In this document: positions 37,044-46,694 of the stretch, one piece after another
Position numbering within the stretch: position 1 is the first letter of the stretch
How the letters are laid out: each line of letters opens with the position of its first letter
From: an uncultured Spirochaetaceae bacterium
GTDB taxonomy: Bacteria; Spirochaetota; Spirochaetia; DSM-27196; SLST01
Assembly (NCBI GenBank): GCA_964599075.1
Contig: CAZREG010000008.1
Coordinates: 8,972-72,971 of the forward strand
DNA length: 64,000 nucleotides
Direction of reading: 5' to 3'
Position numbers and translations under genes: made by a program
The notes under the pieces: model-generated
Seen by the model: the letters and a program-made list of their open reading frames with translations, nothing else
The model's database searches: none
What the model was told of the DNA's origin: nothing

Positions 37044-38927
37044 CTACGCAGCCGACCCATCTACCAGCTGCTCAAAACGCGCTCTATCAAGGATCTCTTC
37101 AGTCAGCAAGACCTGCGCCACTCGCTCGAGCTTCTCTCGGTGACTTGAGAGAAGCGAACAGACCAGGTCATAGCGCTCTTCAATGATCCGTGCGCTCTCT
37201 TCATCAATATAGGTCTGGGTGGACTCTGAGTACTCTCGCTGAAGCAGGCCTCCATCTTCAAGAAAGCCACCGGCACGACGGGATGGAAGATAGAGATTGC
37301 GAAACTTCTCGCTCATCCCGTACTCTGTGATCATCCTTCGCGCAATATCGGCAGCCCGGGTCAAGTCGTTTCCAGCACCCGTGGACACCTCACCGAACAC
37401 AACCTGCTCGGCCGCACGTCCTGCCAGCAGCACGTCAATTCGCCCGAGCAGCTCACCCTCGGTCTGCAGGAAACGCTCCTCATTCGGCAGTTGCAGAGTG
37501 TATCCGAGAGCCGCCAGTCCTCGAGGTACAATCGATATTTTCTCCACCGGATCAGCGCCGGGAGTCAGGTGTGCCACCAGTGCATGCCCGGTCTCGTGGA
37601 AGGCCACAAGACGACGCTCGCGCTCTTCGAGTACGCGGTTTCGTCGCGAGAGCCCTGCAATGCTCTTCTCTATCGCCTCCGAAAGATCCTCCTGTGAGAC
37701 CAGGGTTCGATCACCACGCACGGCCAGCAGCGCCGCCTCATTCACAATGTTGGCAAGATCTGCACCGGCAAGGCCGGCGGTCGCCCGCGCCACCCGGTGG
37801 AGGTCAACGTTCGGGTCAAGCCGCACCTTCTTCGCATGCAGCGCCAGAATCTGATGCCGGCCGGCAATGTCCGGCTTGTCCACGAGGACCTGGCGATCGA
37901 ACCTGCCGGGGCGAAGCAGCGCCGGATCAAGCACCTCGGGTCGATTTGTTGCGGCGAGCACGATTACTCCGGTGGCCGCATCAAAACCATCCATCTCGAC
38001 GAGGAGCTGATTAAGCGTCTGTTCTCGTTCATCGTTCCCCGAGACACCTGCGGCCGCCCGGCTCTTGCCGATCGCATCAAGCTCGTCAATAAACACTATT
38101 GAGGGCGCCTGTGAGCGGGCCTGCTTGAACAGATCGCGAACGCGACTTGCTCCTACGCCAACAAACATCTCAACAAAATCGGACCCTGAGAGCCGAATAA
38201 ACGAGACGCCTGATTCACCGGCAACCGCTCGGGCAAGCAAGGTCTTTCCGGTGCCGGGGGCTCCGACGAGCAGGACGCCTTTGGGAATCCGCCCGCCAAT
38301 CTCGCGGTACCTGGCCGGCGCCTTGAGAAAATCCACTATCTCTTCGAGCTCGGCCTTACTCTCGTCAGCACCGGCCACATCGTCAAACGTCACTCCCGTC
38401 TCGCCTTCGGCCACAACACGGCTGCGGCTCTTGCCGATCGCAAGGATGTCGCCACCGAGCCCGCTTCCGCGCGAGATGTGACGAAACATAAACAGCAGCA
38501 GCAGGACGGGAACGACCCAGCTCAACAGCAGTGTCAGGAATCCGGTTCGGGGAGCACGGGGCGCAAAGTAGCTCACGCTGTACTGCTCGAGCAGCGGAAT
38601 AAGCTCAGCGTCTTCAACGGCAACCGTGCGGAACAGCGCCGCTGCAGAGTTGTCCGCCGCAGAGCTTGCAAGCGCGGTCAGGTACTCGGGCCCGATCTCA
38701 ACTCTGTCAACCGCTCCATCTCTTATCTGCTGCTTGAATTGACTGTAGTCGAGTGTCGGGATCGTATTCGTGGCAAGTGAGCCGAGGGCCTGAGCGGCAA
38801 GAAGGAGCCCAAAGAGCGCAAGCGGGAGCCAGCGAATGAGTTTCTTCGCCGCTCGGGGATCCTTATCGTTCTCCAAATCTTCTGACGGGCCGGACCGCCA
38901 GCTGTCACGTCGTGCATCATCACTCAT
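37044..38927 (-). CDS. ftsH: ATP-dependent zinc metalloprotease FtsH
   Basis: Two TM helices, [60 protein letters not shown]. Confidence 0.97.
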   Translation of the reverse strand: MSDDARRDSWRSGPSEDLENDKDPRAAKKLIRWLPLALFGLLLAAQALGSLATNTIPTLDYSQFKQQIRDGAVDRVEIGPEYLTALASSAADNSAAALFRTVAVEDAELIPLLEQYSVSYFAPRAPRTGFLTLLLSWVVPVLLLLFMFRHISRGSGLGGDILAIGKSRSRVVAEGETGVTFDDVAGADESKAELEEIVDFLKAPARYREIGGRIPKGVLLVGAPGTGKTLLARAVAGESGVSFIRLSGSDFVEMFVGVGASRVRDLFKQARSQAPSIVFIDELDAIGKSRAAAGVSGNDEREQTLNQLLVEMDGFDAATGVIVLAATNRPEVLDPALLRPGRFDRQVLVDKPDIAGRHQILALHAKKVRLDPNVDLHRVARATAGLAGADLANIVNEAALLAVRGDRTLVSQEDLSEAIEKSIAGLSRRNRVLEERERRLVAFHETGHALVAHLTPGADPVEKISIVPRGLAALGYTLQLPNEERFLQTEGELLGRIDVLLAGRAAEQVVFGEVSTGAGNDLTRAADIARRMITEYGMSEKFRNLYLPSRRAGGFLEDGGLLQREYSESTQTYIDEESARIIEERYDLVCSLLSSHREKLERVAQVLLTEEILDRARFEQLVDGSAA

Positions 38928-39141
38928 GTTGTACTCCATATAGCTCTTAGCAAACCGCATGCCATCCGCCAATAATCGCTGTATTTCTCTTAACAGAAAT
39001 GACTTACACAATCCTTTCGAACACGGGTGACCGGATAGCGATCAACCCAGCACGCCGTTCGGGTCACAATGACCCTTTTTGTGAACCGGACCGGTGACAG
39101 TTGGGCCTCTTTCGGCTATATTCGCCGCATCTGGAGGCCCG

Positions 39142-40017
39142 ATGAAGCAACACGCCGGCCAACATGTGGCGAATGGACTCAAGGGAAGCCTGATTGGGGC
39201 TGCCAACACCATCCCGGGTGTCAGCGGTGGCACGATCGCTGTCATCACACGACTCTACGACGGCCTCATTGAGAGCGTTGGAGCATTCTTCAAGACCGGA
39301 TGGAAGAAGAACCTCTCCTTCCTGCTTCCGATTGTCCTGGGAGTGGTGGTAGGGATCGCCCTGTTCGCCCGCGTGGTCGACTTCTTTCTCGCGAGCTATC
39401 CAGTGGAGACAGCCTTCTTCTTTATGGGTCTGATCCTCGGCAGCGTCCCCGCCCTCTTTAAGATCACCGTGCAGGAGCGCTTTCACCCGGTGTACGTGGT
39501 ACCGTTTCTCCTGGCGTTTGGCCTTCTCGCTGCCATGGCCCTCGTAGGCCGGCCGCCGGCAAGCGAACCGATCACAATTGTAACCGTTCAGTCTGGGATA
39601 CGAATCTTTCTCACCGGCGTGATCAGTTCGGCAACCATGATCATCCCGGGAGTCTCCGGTAGCTTCGTCATGCTGCTGATTGGGATGTACTCCACGTTTA
39701 TCGCCGCGATCAATGACCTCAACCTCCCGGTGCTCGCGCTGCTGGTGCCGGGGTTCATTCTGGGAATCGTCCTGGTGAGCAAGGTCATCCGCGCTCTGCT
39801 GCACCGCTTTCATTCGGTGACCTATTGGGCGATAATCGGACTGGTACTCGGATCGATTCTTGCAATCTGGCCGCGAGCGGCAGATGAGTCGTGGATAGTG
39901 CCTACGACCGTCTCATCGGTCGTGGCAGGCATTGGTGTGTTTGCTGTCGGATTCCTGCTGGCCTTCTTTCTGGGCAGTGAACGGCGTCCGTCTCAGATGA
40001 AGGAGGACCGCGCATGA
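39142..40017 (+). CDS. DUF368 family membrane protein
   Basis: G.LIGAANTIPGVSGGTIA, MIIPGVSGSF..LLIG.Y. SD GGAGG. Confidence 0.9.
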   Translation: MKQHAGQHVANGLKGSLIGAANTIPGVSGGTIAVITRLYDGLIESVGAFFKTGWKKNLSFLLPIVLGVVVGIALFARVVDFFLASYPVETAFFFMGLILGSVPALFKITVQERFHPVYVVPFLLAFGLLAAMALVGRPPASEPITIVTVQSGIRIFLTGVISSATMIIPGVSGSFVMLLIGMYSTFIAAINDLNLPVLALLVPGFILGIVLVSKVIRALLHRFHSVTYWAIIGLVLGSILAIWPRAADESWIVPTTVSSVVAGIGVFAVGFLLAFFLGSERRPSQMKEDRA

Positions 40018-40907
40018 GGCGCCTGCTGATGATACTCGCAATCGTAATCGCTTCCCTTGTAGTGCTCGTTCTTGCCGGAGGATTGATCCTGCCCAAGGCG
40101 GCACCCCACCCTGCTCTGGAAAATAACTCGTGGCAGGTCATTGCCCATCAGGGAGGCAACCATCTGTGGCCTGATAACACCCTCTTTGCGTTCAGGGAAG
40201 CTGTGGCCGCGGGGGTTGATGTGCTTGAGATGGATGTTCATGCAAGCAGTGACGGCGAACTTGTTCTTATACATGACGAGACTGTAGACCGAACCACCGA
40301 CGGAAGCGGTGTGGTCTGGGAAATGAGCCTTGCACAGCTGCAGTCACTGGACGCCGCGTACCAGTGGCCTCATCATCGGGAAACCGATGCGTTCCCCTAC
40401 CGCGGACAAGGTATCCAGATACCCACTCTCGAGAGCGTGCTTCGCGAGTTCCCTGACGTTCCCATGGTGATCGAGATCAAGCAGAGTGAGCCTCCCATTG
40501 TGGATGCATTCGGAGAGCTGCTGCAACGCTACGACCGGGAGCAGAATACCGTAGTGGCAAGCTTCTCCCCTGAGGTGATGCAGGAGTTTCGAGAGAAGTT
40601 CCCTGACTTTGCAACCTCGGGGGTGGAACCGGAGATACGCACGTTTTTTGCTTTGAAGAGCGCATTTGCCGGCTGGATCTATCCGCCGCCCATGAACGTT
40701 TTTGCAGTTCCTGAGCGCTTTGGCAATCTGCGGGTCATCACACCTCGATTTGTGCGCGCGGCAAAGCGCAGGGGCATAGAGGTGCAGGTCTGGACGGTCA
40801 ATGAGCGGGAACAGATGAATCGAATGCTCGACGCCGGCGTGGACGGAATCATCACTGATGAGCCGATCATGCTCATCGATGTTCTCCAGAGGCGGGGACT
40901 TCGCTAG
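40014..40907 (+). CDS. Glycerophosphodiester phosphodiesterase
   Basis: IAHQGG...PDNT, EMDVH, HDETVDRTT, IEIK, VWTVN, GVDGIITD. N-terminal anchor. Confidence 0.92.
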   Translation: MRRLLMILAIVIASLVVLVLAGGLILPKAAPHPALENNSWQVIAHQGGNHLWPDNTLFAFREAVAAGVDVLEMDVHASSDGELVLIHDETVDRTTDGSGVVWEMSLAQLQSLDAAYQWPHHRETDAFPYRGQGIQIPTLESVLREFPDVPMVIEIKQSEPPIVDAFGELLQRYDREQNTVVASFSPEVMQEFREKFPDFATSGVEPEIRTFFALKSAFAGWIYPPPMNVFAVPERFGNLRVITPRFVRAAKRRGIEVQVWTVNEREQMNRMLDAGVDGIITDEPIMLIDVLQRRGLR

Positions 40908-41737
40908 AGTTCTATTACCACAAGCACGGCTGAGTGCTCACCAGGCGCCCGACCGTCGGCCCCGTAGAGCGCCAGACGCGCCTCAAGAGGGCGTACCGCC
41001 GGCTTTATGGAGAGATAGTCATGGCGGGTGGCTTTCTCCCCGTCCGTCGGGTTATCCAAGCGGATACCTCGGGTGAGATCGCCGTAATTCTGGTCTGAGA
41101 ACCCAGGGGATGGATCGTCAGATCCGTGACCATGAACTGATGCTCCGATCACAATGACCCGACTCTCTACACGCTCACTATCTGCCGGACGGTGTTGCCG
41201 AACAGGGCCACGCTTCCTCGGCTTCGCGGGACGCCTCTCCTGAAGCAGTGCCGGAGTCTGATCAACAAACGAGAGCAGACGGTCGGCCTCATCCCGAGCG
41301 CCAGCCTCAGCGCCCAGGGATGCGCTGTAGGCATCAAGCACGGTGTTCGGACCAAGCGCCAGTCTTGCCATGACGGCGTTGCACGCATTGGCCCTGTTGC
41401 AGATCCGGGGATCAGATAGAGACTCCAGAACCGGTACCTGTGAGAGCACGGCACACCCGCCTGCCTCTGGTTCGTCGGTCTCGCCCACACGGCTGTGCAC
41501 AAGCTCATAACGCAATCCTACTCCACGGAGGGCGTACTGAAGGTGCGCCGCCGGACTCTCGCGCGGGGGAAGCGGACCGTCGCTGTCAGAGAGCTTGAAG
41601 CTATCCGTACGGCACCCCTGCAGGAACACACAGCTGATGTTCTCATGAGCGATGAGGTGGGCCAGCGCATTGATCGATCCATGAGCGGTCTGAGAATCGA
41701 GCGTGCTCAGGTCATAGGTAACCAGCGAGATTCGCAT
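40904..41737 (-). CDS. EEP-fold protein with degenerate catalytic motifs
   Basis: LVTYDL, VFLQG, GCAVLSQVPV, HDYL, GEHSAV align with EEP motifs T.N, LQE, G.AILS..P, IDYI, SDH. Confidence 0.6.
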   Translation of the reverse strand: MRISLVTYDLSTLDSQTAHGSINALAHLIAHENISCVFLQGCRTDSFKLSDSDGPLPPRESPAAHLQYALRGVGLRYELVHSRVGETDEPEAGGCAVLSQVPVLESLSDPRICNRANACNAVMARLALGPNTVLDAYSASLGAEAGARDEADRLLSFVDQTPALLQERRPAKPRKRGPVRQHRPADSERVESRVIVIGASVHGHGSDDPSPGFSDQNYGDLTRGIRLDNPTDGEKATRHDYLSIKPAVRPLEARLALYGADGRAPGEHSAVLVVIEL

Positions 41738-41761
41738 TGAGACAGAGTATCGCTTCAGCGG

Positions 41762-42244
41762 CTACGCGTCATCACCCCGCTTGAGATGAAGGGACACATG
41801 GGCATGCAGTACCTCCAGACGCTTCTCATTTGCCCATCCGCTTGCGCACCAGAGCACCGCTCCATTCTGGTTTATGAGGTAGATGTACGCACTCTCAAGG
41901 TCGTGAATGTGGAGCTGCTCTCGAAGTCTGGCCGATCCGCCATAGTAGGTGGCCACGTGATCATGGCGCTCGGCCGCGACACCTGCCCGCATTCCACTGT
42001 CTATGAAACCTGAGATCATCCGCCAGCCGCCGGCGAGAAGCGGAATCTCATAGTAGGTGATCCCGGGATGCTCGGCGTAGGCACGCGCTACCGGATTGAG
42101 CCACGACTCCACAGAAGACTGTGCATGACGACGGAATGCAAGCGCGACAATCGCAAGCTGGTTCTCAAGAGCATCTGGTAGGACGAGAGAGCGTCCGTTC
42201 AGCGTTTCTGCAACCAGTCGGGGGAAATGTTTGTCGCTCTCCAT
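41762..42244 (-). CDS. ATP10-like thioredoxin-fold protein
   Basis: AETLNG..LVLP, Q.SVESWL, FIDSGMRAG, YIYLINQNG.VLW..SG.A resemble bacterial ATP10-domain proteins. Confidence 0.6.
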   Translation of the reverse strand: MESDKHFPRLVAETLNGRSLVLPDALENQLAIVALAFRRHAQSSVESWLNPVARAYAEHPGITYYEIPLLAGGWRMISGFIDSGMRAGVAAERHDHVATYYGGSARLREQLHIHDLESAYIYLINQNGAVLWCASGWANEKRLEVLHAHVSLHLKRGDDA

Positions 42245-42344
42245 CGTGCCGGAAGATAACTCCAATTACGACAAAAAGGCTACAAAAAGAAACGGAAAAT
42301 CCAGGGCCGGTCAGAGCCGGGTGCAATAACCCCTCAACTACACG

Positions 42345-43103
42345 CTACTCATCTGGAATAGGAGTTGCAGAGACGATCTGCTCGTCGTAGGACACCGTAA
42401 CTACATGGCCCACCGGCACCACAAGTGTTTCCTGCTCGAGCCAGTTCCCATTCAAAATCCGGCTCATCCACCCCTTCTCCGCTGGAATCTCGTCATAGTT
42501 CCAGCCAAGCTCCGCTGCGGCCTTCCGGGTGGATTCGCGATAAGCCGGTCGCTCAAGTTCCTTCCAGCACGCGTGCGTACAGTGGTTATACTCAGCAAGC
42601 CACTGCTGCTCGCTCTCCATGAGAAACTCTGCGTTGTCCTCACCGTACTCTCTCTCGTAGCGCTCACGAAGCAGGCGTGTCCGCTCGGAACCCGGCATCA
42701 GCGTCTGCTCAATCCAGCCGGGAGTGTACCAGTAGGTTCCTGGATGCTCGTCAAAGTAGCGCTTGTACCGCTTATGCGATCCCACGATCATGGCTATGCA
42801 ATCGTGGGCCCGCGGGACAACCAGCGGCACGGTGCGCGAGTGAAGCCCTGCCACCGCGTTCGAGCACAGACCGTAGAGCAGTACAATACCGGCAAAGCGA
42901 TCGCGGTCGCCGAACTGCTGGGTGTGCATGTCGTCGCCCGAGTCTATCCGGTCAATCTCCTCCTGGAGCTCATGACGGAGCAGCTCGGGAGTATCGTGAA
43001 GCCCCTGGCGCAGATACGTCACGTCAATGACGTGCTCGCTCTCCATCGTCAGCAGCGAGACTTCACGGGCGAACACCTTGCAGGCGAGAACCTTTATACG
43101 CAC
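42345..43103 (-). CDS. DUF1638 domain protein
   Basis: LACKVF.RE, GLHDTP, LYGLCSN, PRAHDCI, YW.TPGW. GTG start. Confidence 0.85.
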   Translation of the reverse strand: MRIKVLACKVFAREVSLLTMESEHVIDVTYLRQGLHDTPELLRHELQEEIDRIDSGDDMHTQQFGDRDRFAGIVLLYGLCSNAVAGLHSRTVPLVVPRAHDCIAMIVGSHKRYKRYFDEHPGTYWYTPGWIEQTLMPGSERTRLLRERYEREYGEDNAEFLMESEQQWLAEYNHCTHACWKELERPAYRESTRKAAAELGWNYDEIPAEKGWMSRILNGNWLEQETLVVPVGHVVTVSYDEQIVSATPIPDE

Positions 43104-43177
43104 AGCCTCTATTCTACCGTGCGCAACGGTTCGAAAAAAGGCACGCCCACGTCACCGACGCTGTTTTTGTTCTCCGC

Positions 43178-44581
43178 TCAGACCTGATTTGCCTCGGCCG
43201 GATCAACGTGAATCTCAACATGCTCGGCAGATGTGTTGTACATCAGCGGCTTCTCCTGCGGGAGGGAACCCTTCATGATGGGAATCCACTGCTCGTGTGC
43301 CTGCATCAGCTCACGCGTCATTGCCCGAATCTCGTCGAGCGTGGCACTCATCCCGGTCAGCGGATCCATACACATAGCCTGAAAGACCTTCTCCGCGTCG
43401 GCAGTCTGGACCGCCTCCACCGCGAGCCGCTGGACCTCAACCTGTTTCTTGTTGAGAGCCGAGATGTGGCTCGGAAGCGAACCAATCCTGACCGGCTGGA
43501 CGCCATTTCGGTCGACGAGACAGGGAACCTCCACAATGCAGTCGTAGGGAAGGTTTGAGATGACCCCATGGTTCTTCACGTTCCCATAGATCACCGCAGG
43601 CTCGTTCGTCTCGATCGCATTTACGATCATTGATCCGTACTCGTGGCTGCGCTCAAGTTTCACCGGCTTTTCCCAGCTCGCCATCTTCTGCATATCTTCA
43701 CGCCAATCTGGTCGGGCGTAGAGCCTCTTTATAAAGCCGTGTCCCCCGTTCCAGTCGGCATGCGTGCTGTCGCAGTATCTCTCGACCGTCTCCGCGTCTT
43801 TGCGGAACCAGGGGTTGTATTCACTCCCGTGGCCACTCGACTCGGTCACCGGATAGCCGAAGTGCTTCAGATACTCCATTCGGGTTGAGTCGCCTTTCCA
43901 TATCTCCGGCTTGAGAGCGAGCTCACGTATCTTCGGAAGCATGTCCTCGCCATTGTGCTCAAAGGTGAGGTAGAACGCCTGATGATTGATACCGGCACAC
44001 GTGTAGCTCACTTCCTCAAGCGGAACTCCCAGACGGGTTGCCCATTCGCTCGCCCCACCCTGTACGCTGTGACAGAGCCCAACAAGTTTCAGATCAGGCT
44101 CCGCCTCCTGCATGCCCCAGACGAGCATGGACATGGGGTTGGTATAATTGAGCACGTGGGCGGCAGGGCAGATTCTCATAATGTCGTGCGCCATCTCCTG
44201 GAGCGCCGGCAGCGTCCGCAGACAGCGCATGATCCCACCGGGGGTCAGCGTGTCGCCAATGCATTGATCAATGCCATACTTCATTGGAATATCGATCTCA
44301 GCCTGAATCGCCTCATAGCCTCCAACGAGGATGCTGATGATGACGTAGTCCGCGTCCTTGAGCGCCTCTGTGCGGTCGGCGTGCGAGCTGACGGTAGCGT
44401 CGGAGTATCCTCCCTCCTTGAAGATGCGGCGAGTAATCTGCTCTGCATACGACAGCCGCTCTGCATCAACGTCAACAAGCGCAAAGTGAGCGCCCCGGAA
44501 CGCGTCGTAGGTGAGAATGTCTGCAGTGAGCCGGCTTGAAAAGACCAGGCTGCCCGCACCAATAATAACTACTTTCGGCAT
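43178..44581 (-). CDS. Family 4 glycoside hydrolase (NAD+/Mn2+-dependent alpha-galactosidase/alpha-glucosidase, MelA-like)
   Basis: IGAGS, GDTL.PGG, NYTNPM, GLCHS, GINH, VEVPCLVD. SD GGAGGAG. Confidence 0.92.
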   Translation of the reverse strand: MPKVVIIGAGSLVFSSRLTADILTYDAFRGAHFALVDVDAERLSYAEQITRRIFKEGGYSDATVSSHADRTEALKDADYVIISILVGGYEAIQAEIDIPMKYGIDQCIGDTLTPGGIMRCLRTLPALQEMAHDIMRICPAAHVLNYTNPMSMLVWGMQEAEPDLKLVGLCHSVQGGASEWATRLGVPLEEVSYTCAGINHQAFYLTFEHNGEDMLPKIRELALKPEIWKGDSTRMEYLKHFGYPVTESSGHGSEYNPWFRKDAETVERYCDSTHADWNGGHGFIKRLYARPDWREDMQKMASWEKPVKLERSHEYGSMIVNAIETNEPAVIYGNVKNHGVISNLPYDCIVEVPCLVDRNGVQPVRIGSLPSHISALNKKQVEVQRLAVEAVQTADAEKVFQAMCMDPLTGMSATLDEIRAMTRELMQAHEQWIPIMKGSLPQEKPLMYNTSAEHVEIHVDPAEANQV

Positions 44582-44788
44582 GAGACTCCTCCATGATTCA
44601 ATGACGCTGAGGGTACCATGAGCGCCGGGTTTCCGATAGGCCATTTTGTTGCAGAGGAGAGACCCAAGCCCGTAGAACTTTGACAATATGTTGCGATCCT
44701 GTAGTACCACGGCTCTTCCACGGTAGCCGCGATGTCTCAAGCTCTGCTATCCAGGCGACCCCTTCGGGTGAAGAACCGACGGGTGAGC

Positions 44789-45772
44789 TTATGCCCAGCT
44801 GCGCTCACGCGAAGAGACAAAGACCCGTTCTATGACTCTCATGTTCGCCACCGCATCTTCAACAGGAGTTGCGACCGGTGTGTCATTGAGAATCGCGAGC
44901 GACATATTCTCCGCCTGCAGCGTGTACTGGTCGACAACGGGGAACTCGATAACTTCAAACTCACTTCCACGCTGCAGGTTTATGATGCACGGCCTGTCAG
45001 GCGGCGCATTGAACGGAATCTGGATCTCGATCCGTCCGTCGGTGCCAAAGATGTTCACGCGCTGATACGGCGCAAGCTGCGTTGAGTAGCTGAAGGTGGA
45101 GGTGCCACCCTCGAACTCAAGGGCCACGCTGCCATACGAATCTGTCTGAAAGGTCCGGTCTATTTCAATAGAGGCGCTCACGTTCCGCGGCTCAGACCCG
45201 TAGATGAATCGACTGGCAGAGATGGGATAGCAACCGATGTCCATGAGCCCGCCGCCGCCGATCTCTGCCTGGTTACGGATATTACCGGGATCCACGTTGT
45301 GGTAGCTGAAGAAAGAGTGCATCGTCTTGAGCGTGCCTATCGCACCGTCTTCGACAAGCTGCTTCGCCCGGATCCACTGGGGGTGGTGACGGTACATAAA
45401 CGCCTCCATCAGCTTCAGACGTGGATAGCTCTCGCCGGCAGCCTCGAGCTGCTCGGCCTCAGCCACCGACAGACCGATCGGTTTCTCGCAGAGCACGTGC
45501 TTCCCGGCCTCAAGACACTTGATAGACCATTCAACATGGAGGTGGTTGGGAAGCGGATTGTAGATCGCATCAATCTGGGGATCCGCGAGCAGCGCGTCGT
45601 AACTGCCGTACGATCGTGGAATCCCGAGTCTGGCGGACACCTGTTCGGCTCGCCCCCGGTCGCGTGAAGCAATCGCCGCAACATCTGTATACCTGGCGTT
45701 CTGCATGGCCGGAATCACCTTTTGAATACCGATTTTTGCCGTACTGAGAATGCCCCACCGCACTCGTTTCAT
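44789..45772 (-). CDS. Gfo/Idh/MocA family oxidoreductase
   Basis: WGILSTAKIG, YNPLPNHLH.EW, HVLCEKP, EAFMYRHHPQW, GGGLMDIGCY. Confidence 0.92.
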   Translation of the reverse strand: MKRVRWGILSTAKIGIQKVIPAMQNARYTDVAAIASRDRGRAEQVSARLGIPRSYGSYDALLADPQIDAIYNPLPNHLHVEWSIKCLEAGKHVLCEKPIGLSVAEAEQLEAAGESYPRLKLMEAFMYRHHPQWIRAKQLVEDGAIGTLKTMHSFFSYHNVDPGNIRNQAEIGGGGLMDIGCYPISASRFIYGSEPRNVSASIEIDRTFQTDSYGSVALEFEGGTSTFSYSTQLAPYQRVNIFGTDGRIEIQIPFNAPPDRPCIINLQRGSEFEVIEFPVVDQYTLQAENMSLAILNDTPVATPVEDAVANMRVIERVFVSSRERSWA

Positions 45773-45861
45773 AGTGCCCCCTGCCCGCCAGTCTAAACCC
45801 GACCGGCGAAGACGCCAAGAGCAGCCCGATCACAGAATAGGGGCAATCGTGCCCAACTCCC

Positions 45862-45915
45862 TTGCATTATCCGACAATCTTCATTACGATTTACATGATT
45901 TCGAAAGATAATCAT
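45862..45915 (+). promoter_or_regulatory. sigma70 promoter and candidate DeoR operator
   Basis: TTGCAT(45862-45867)-N17-TACGAT(45885-45890), then ATGATT-N9-AATCAT inverted repeat (45895-45915) containing palindrome TTTCGAAA (45899-45906). Confidence 0.6.
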
Positions 45916-45917
45916 AA

Positions 45918-46694
45918 ATGTTTCAAAACCTTTCAGGCCGTGAAAAGCAAGTCCTTGATCTCCTCGTTGAAGAAGAAGGTATATCAGTTACGGATCTGGG
46001 CAAGAGGCTTGCCGTATCAACGGTAACGGTCCGCTCCGTACTCAATACGCTCAGTGAGAAGGGCGTCATTGTTCGGACCTGGGGCGGCGCGACACCGGCG
46101 TTCCATCCGGCTATCCTTGAGCGACAGCGGACCAACCATGAGGTGAAGGCCCGGATTGCGGCGAGGGCGGCGGAGATGGTGCATGATGGAGACGCAATAA
46201 TGGTGGAGGCCGGTACCACGACAAGTCAGATCGGCCGTTACCTATTTGGCAAACGTGATCTGCATGTGGTGACCAATTCCACGCTCTTTGTTGCCTACGG
46301 CCGTGCAAATCCGGCACTCAGCGTAACCGTTGTCGGCGGGAGCTTTCAGCCGGTTACCGAGTCGCTCGTGGGCCCCATTACGCTTCGCGAGCTCGAGCAG
46401 TTTCACGTCCGGCTGGCATTTGTGGGAGCGGACGGGTTCAGCGTCTCCGAAGGCGCCACCGCACATCTGGTTGAAGGCGCCGAGATTGTCCGCAAGATGA
46501 CCGAACGCGCAGACCGACCGATCCTTCTTGCCGACAGCAGCAAGTACAACCAGCATGGGTTTACGCGCGTGATCGATCTGAACCGGTTTTCCATGATCAT
46601 CAGTGATACCGACCTGGCGCCCGAGGCTCGTACAGAACTTCAGGACGCAGGTATAGAACTCTGTCTTGTAGAGAGGAGAAAGAATGGCAAGTGA
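45918..46694 (+). CDS. DeoR/GlpR family transcriptional regulator
   Basis: HTH (ISVTDLG..L.VS..TVR), EAGTTT, VVTNS, FVGADG, LADSSK. Confidence 0.93.
   Translation: MFQNLSGREKQVLDLLVEEEGISVTDLGKRLAVSTVTVRSVLNTLSEKGVIVRTWGGATPAFHPAILERQRTNHEVKARIAARAAEMVHDGDAIMVEAGTTTSQIGRYLFGKRDLHVVTNSTLFVAYGRANPALSVTVVGGSFQPVTESLVGPITLRELEQFHVRLAFVGADGFSVSEGATAHLVEGAEIVRKMTERADRPILLADSSKYNQHGFTRVIDLNRFSMIISDTDLAPEARTELQDAGIELCLVERRKNGK

Noticed and set aside
38928-39141. Inverted repeats between ftsH and DUF368 (ATTTCT-N6-AGAAAT, TCACAA-N9-TTGTGA) as CIRCE/CRP sites
   Set aside because: They do not match CIRCE, and the orientation is opposite to CRP/FNR consensus. Too short to call.
44582-44788. Riboswitch or sRNA in the 207-bp gap upstream of the GH4 gene (plus-strand TTGACA-N16-TAGTAC at 44680-44707, short hairpins)
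   Set aside because: No TPP, cobalamin, SAM or c-di-GMP consensus was recognised. The spacer is suboptimal and the hairpins are weak. A covariance-model search would be needed.
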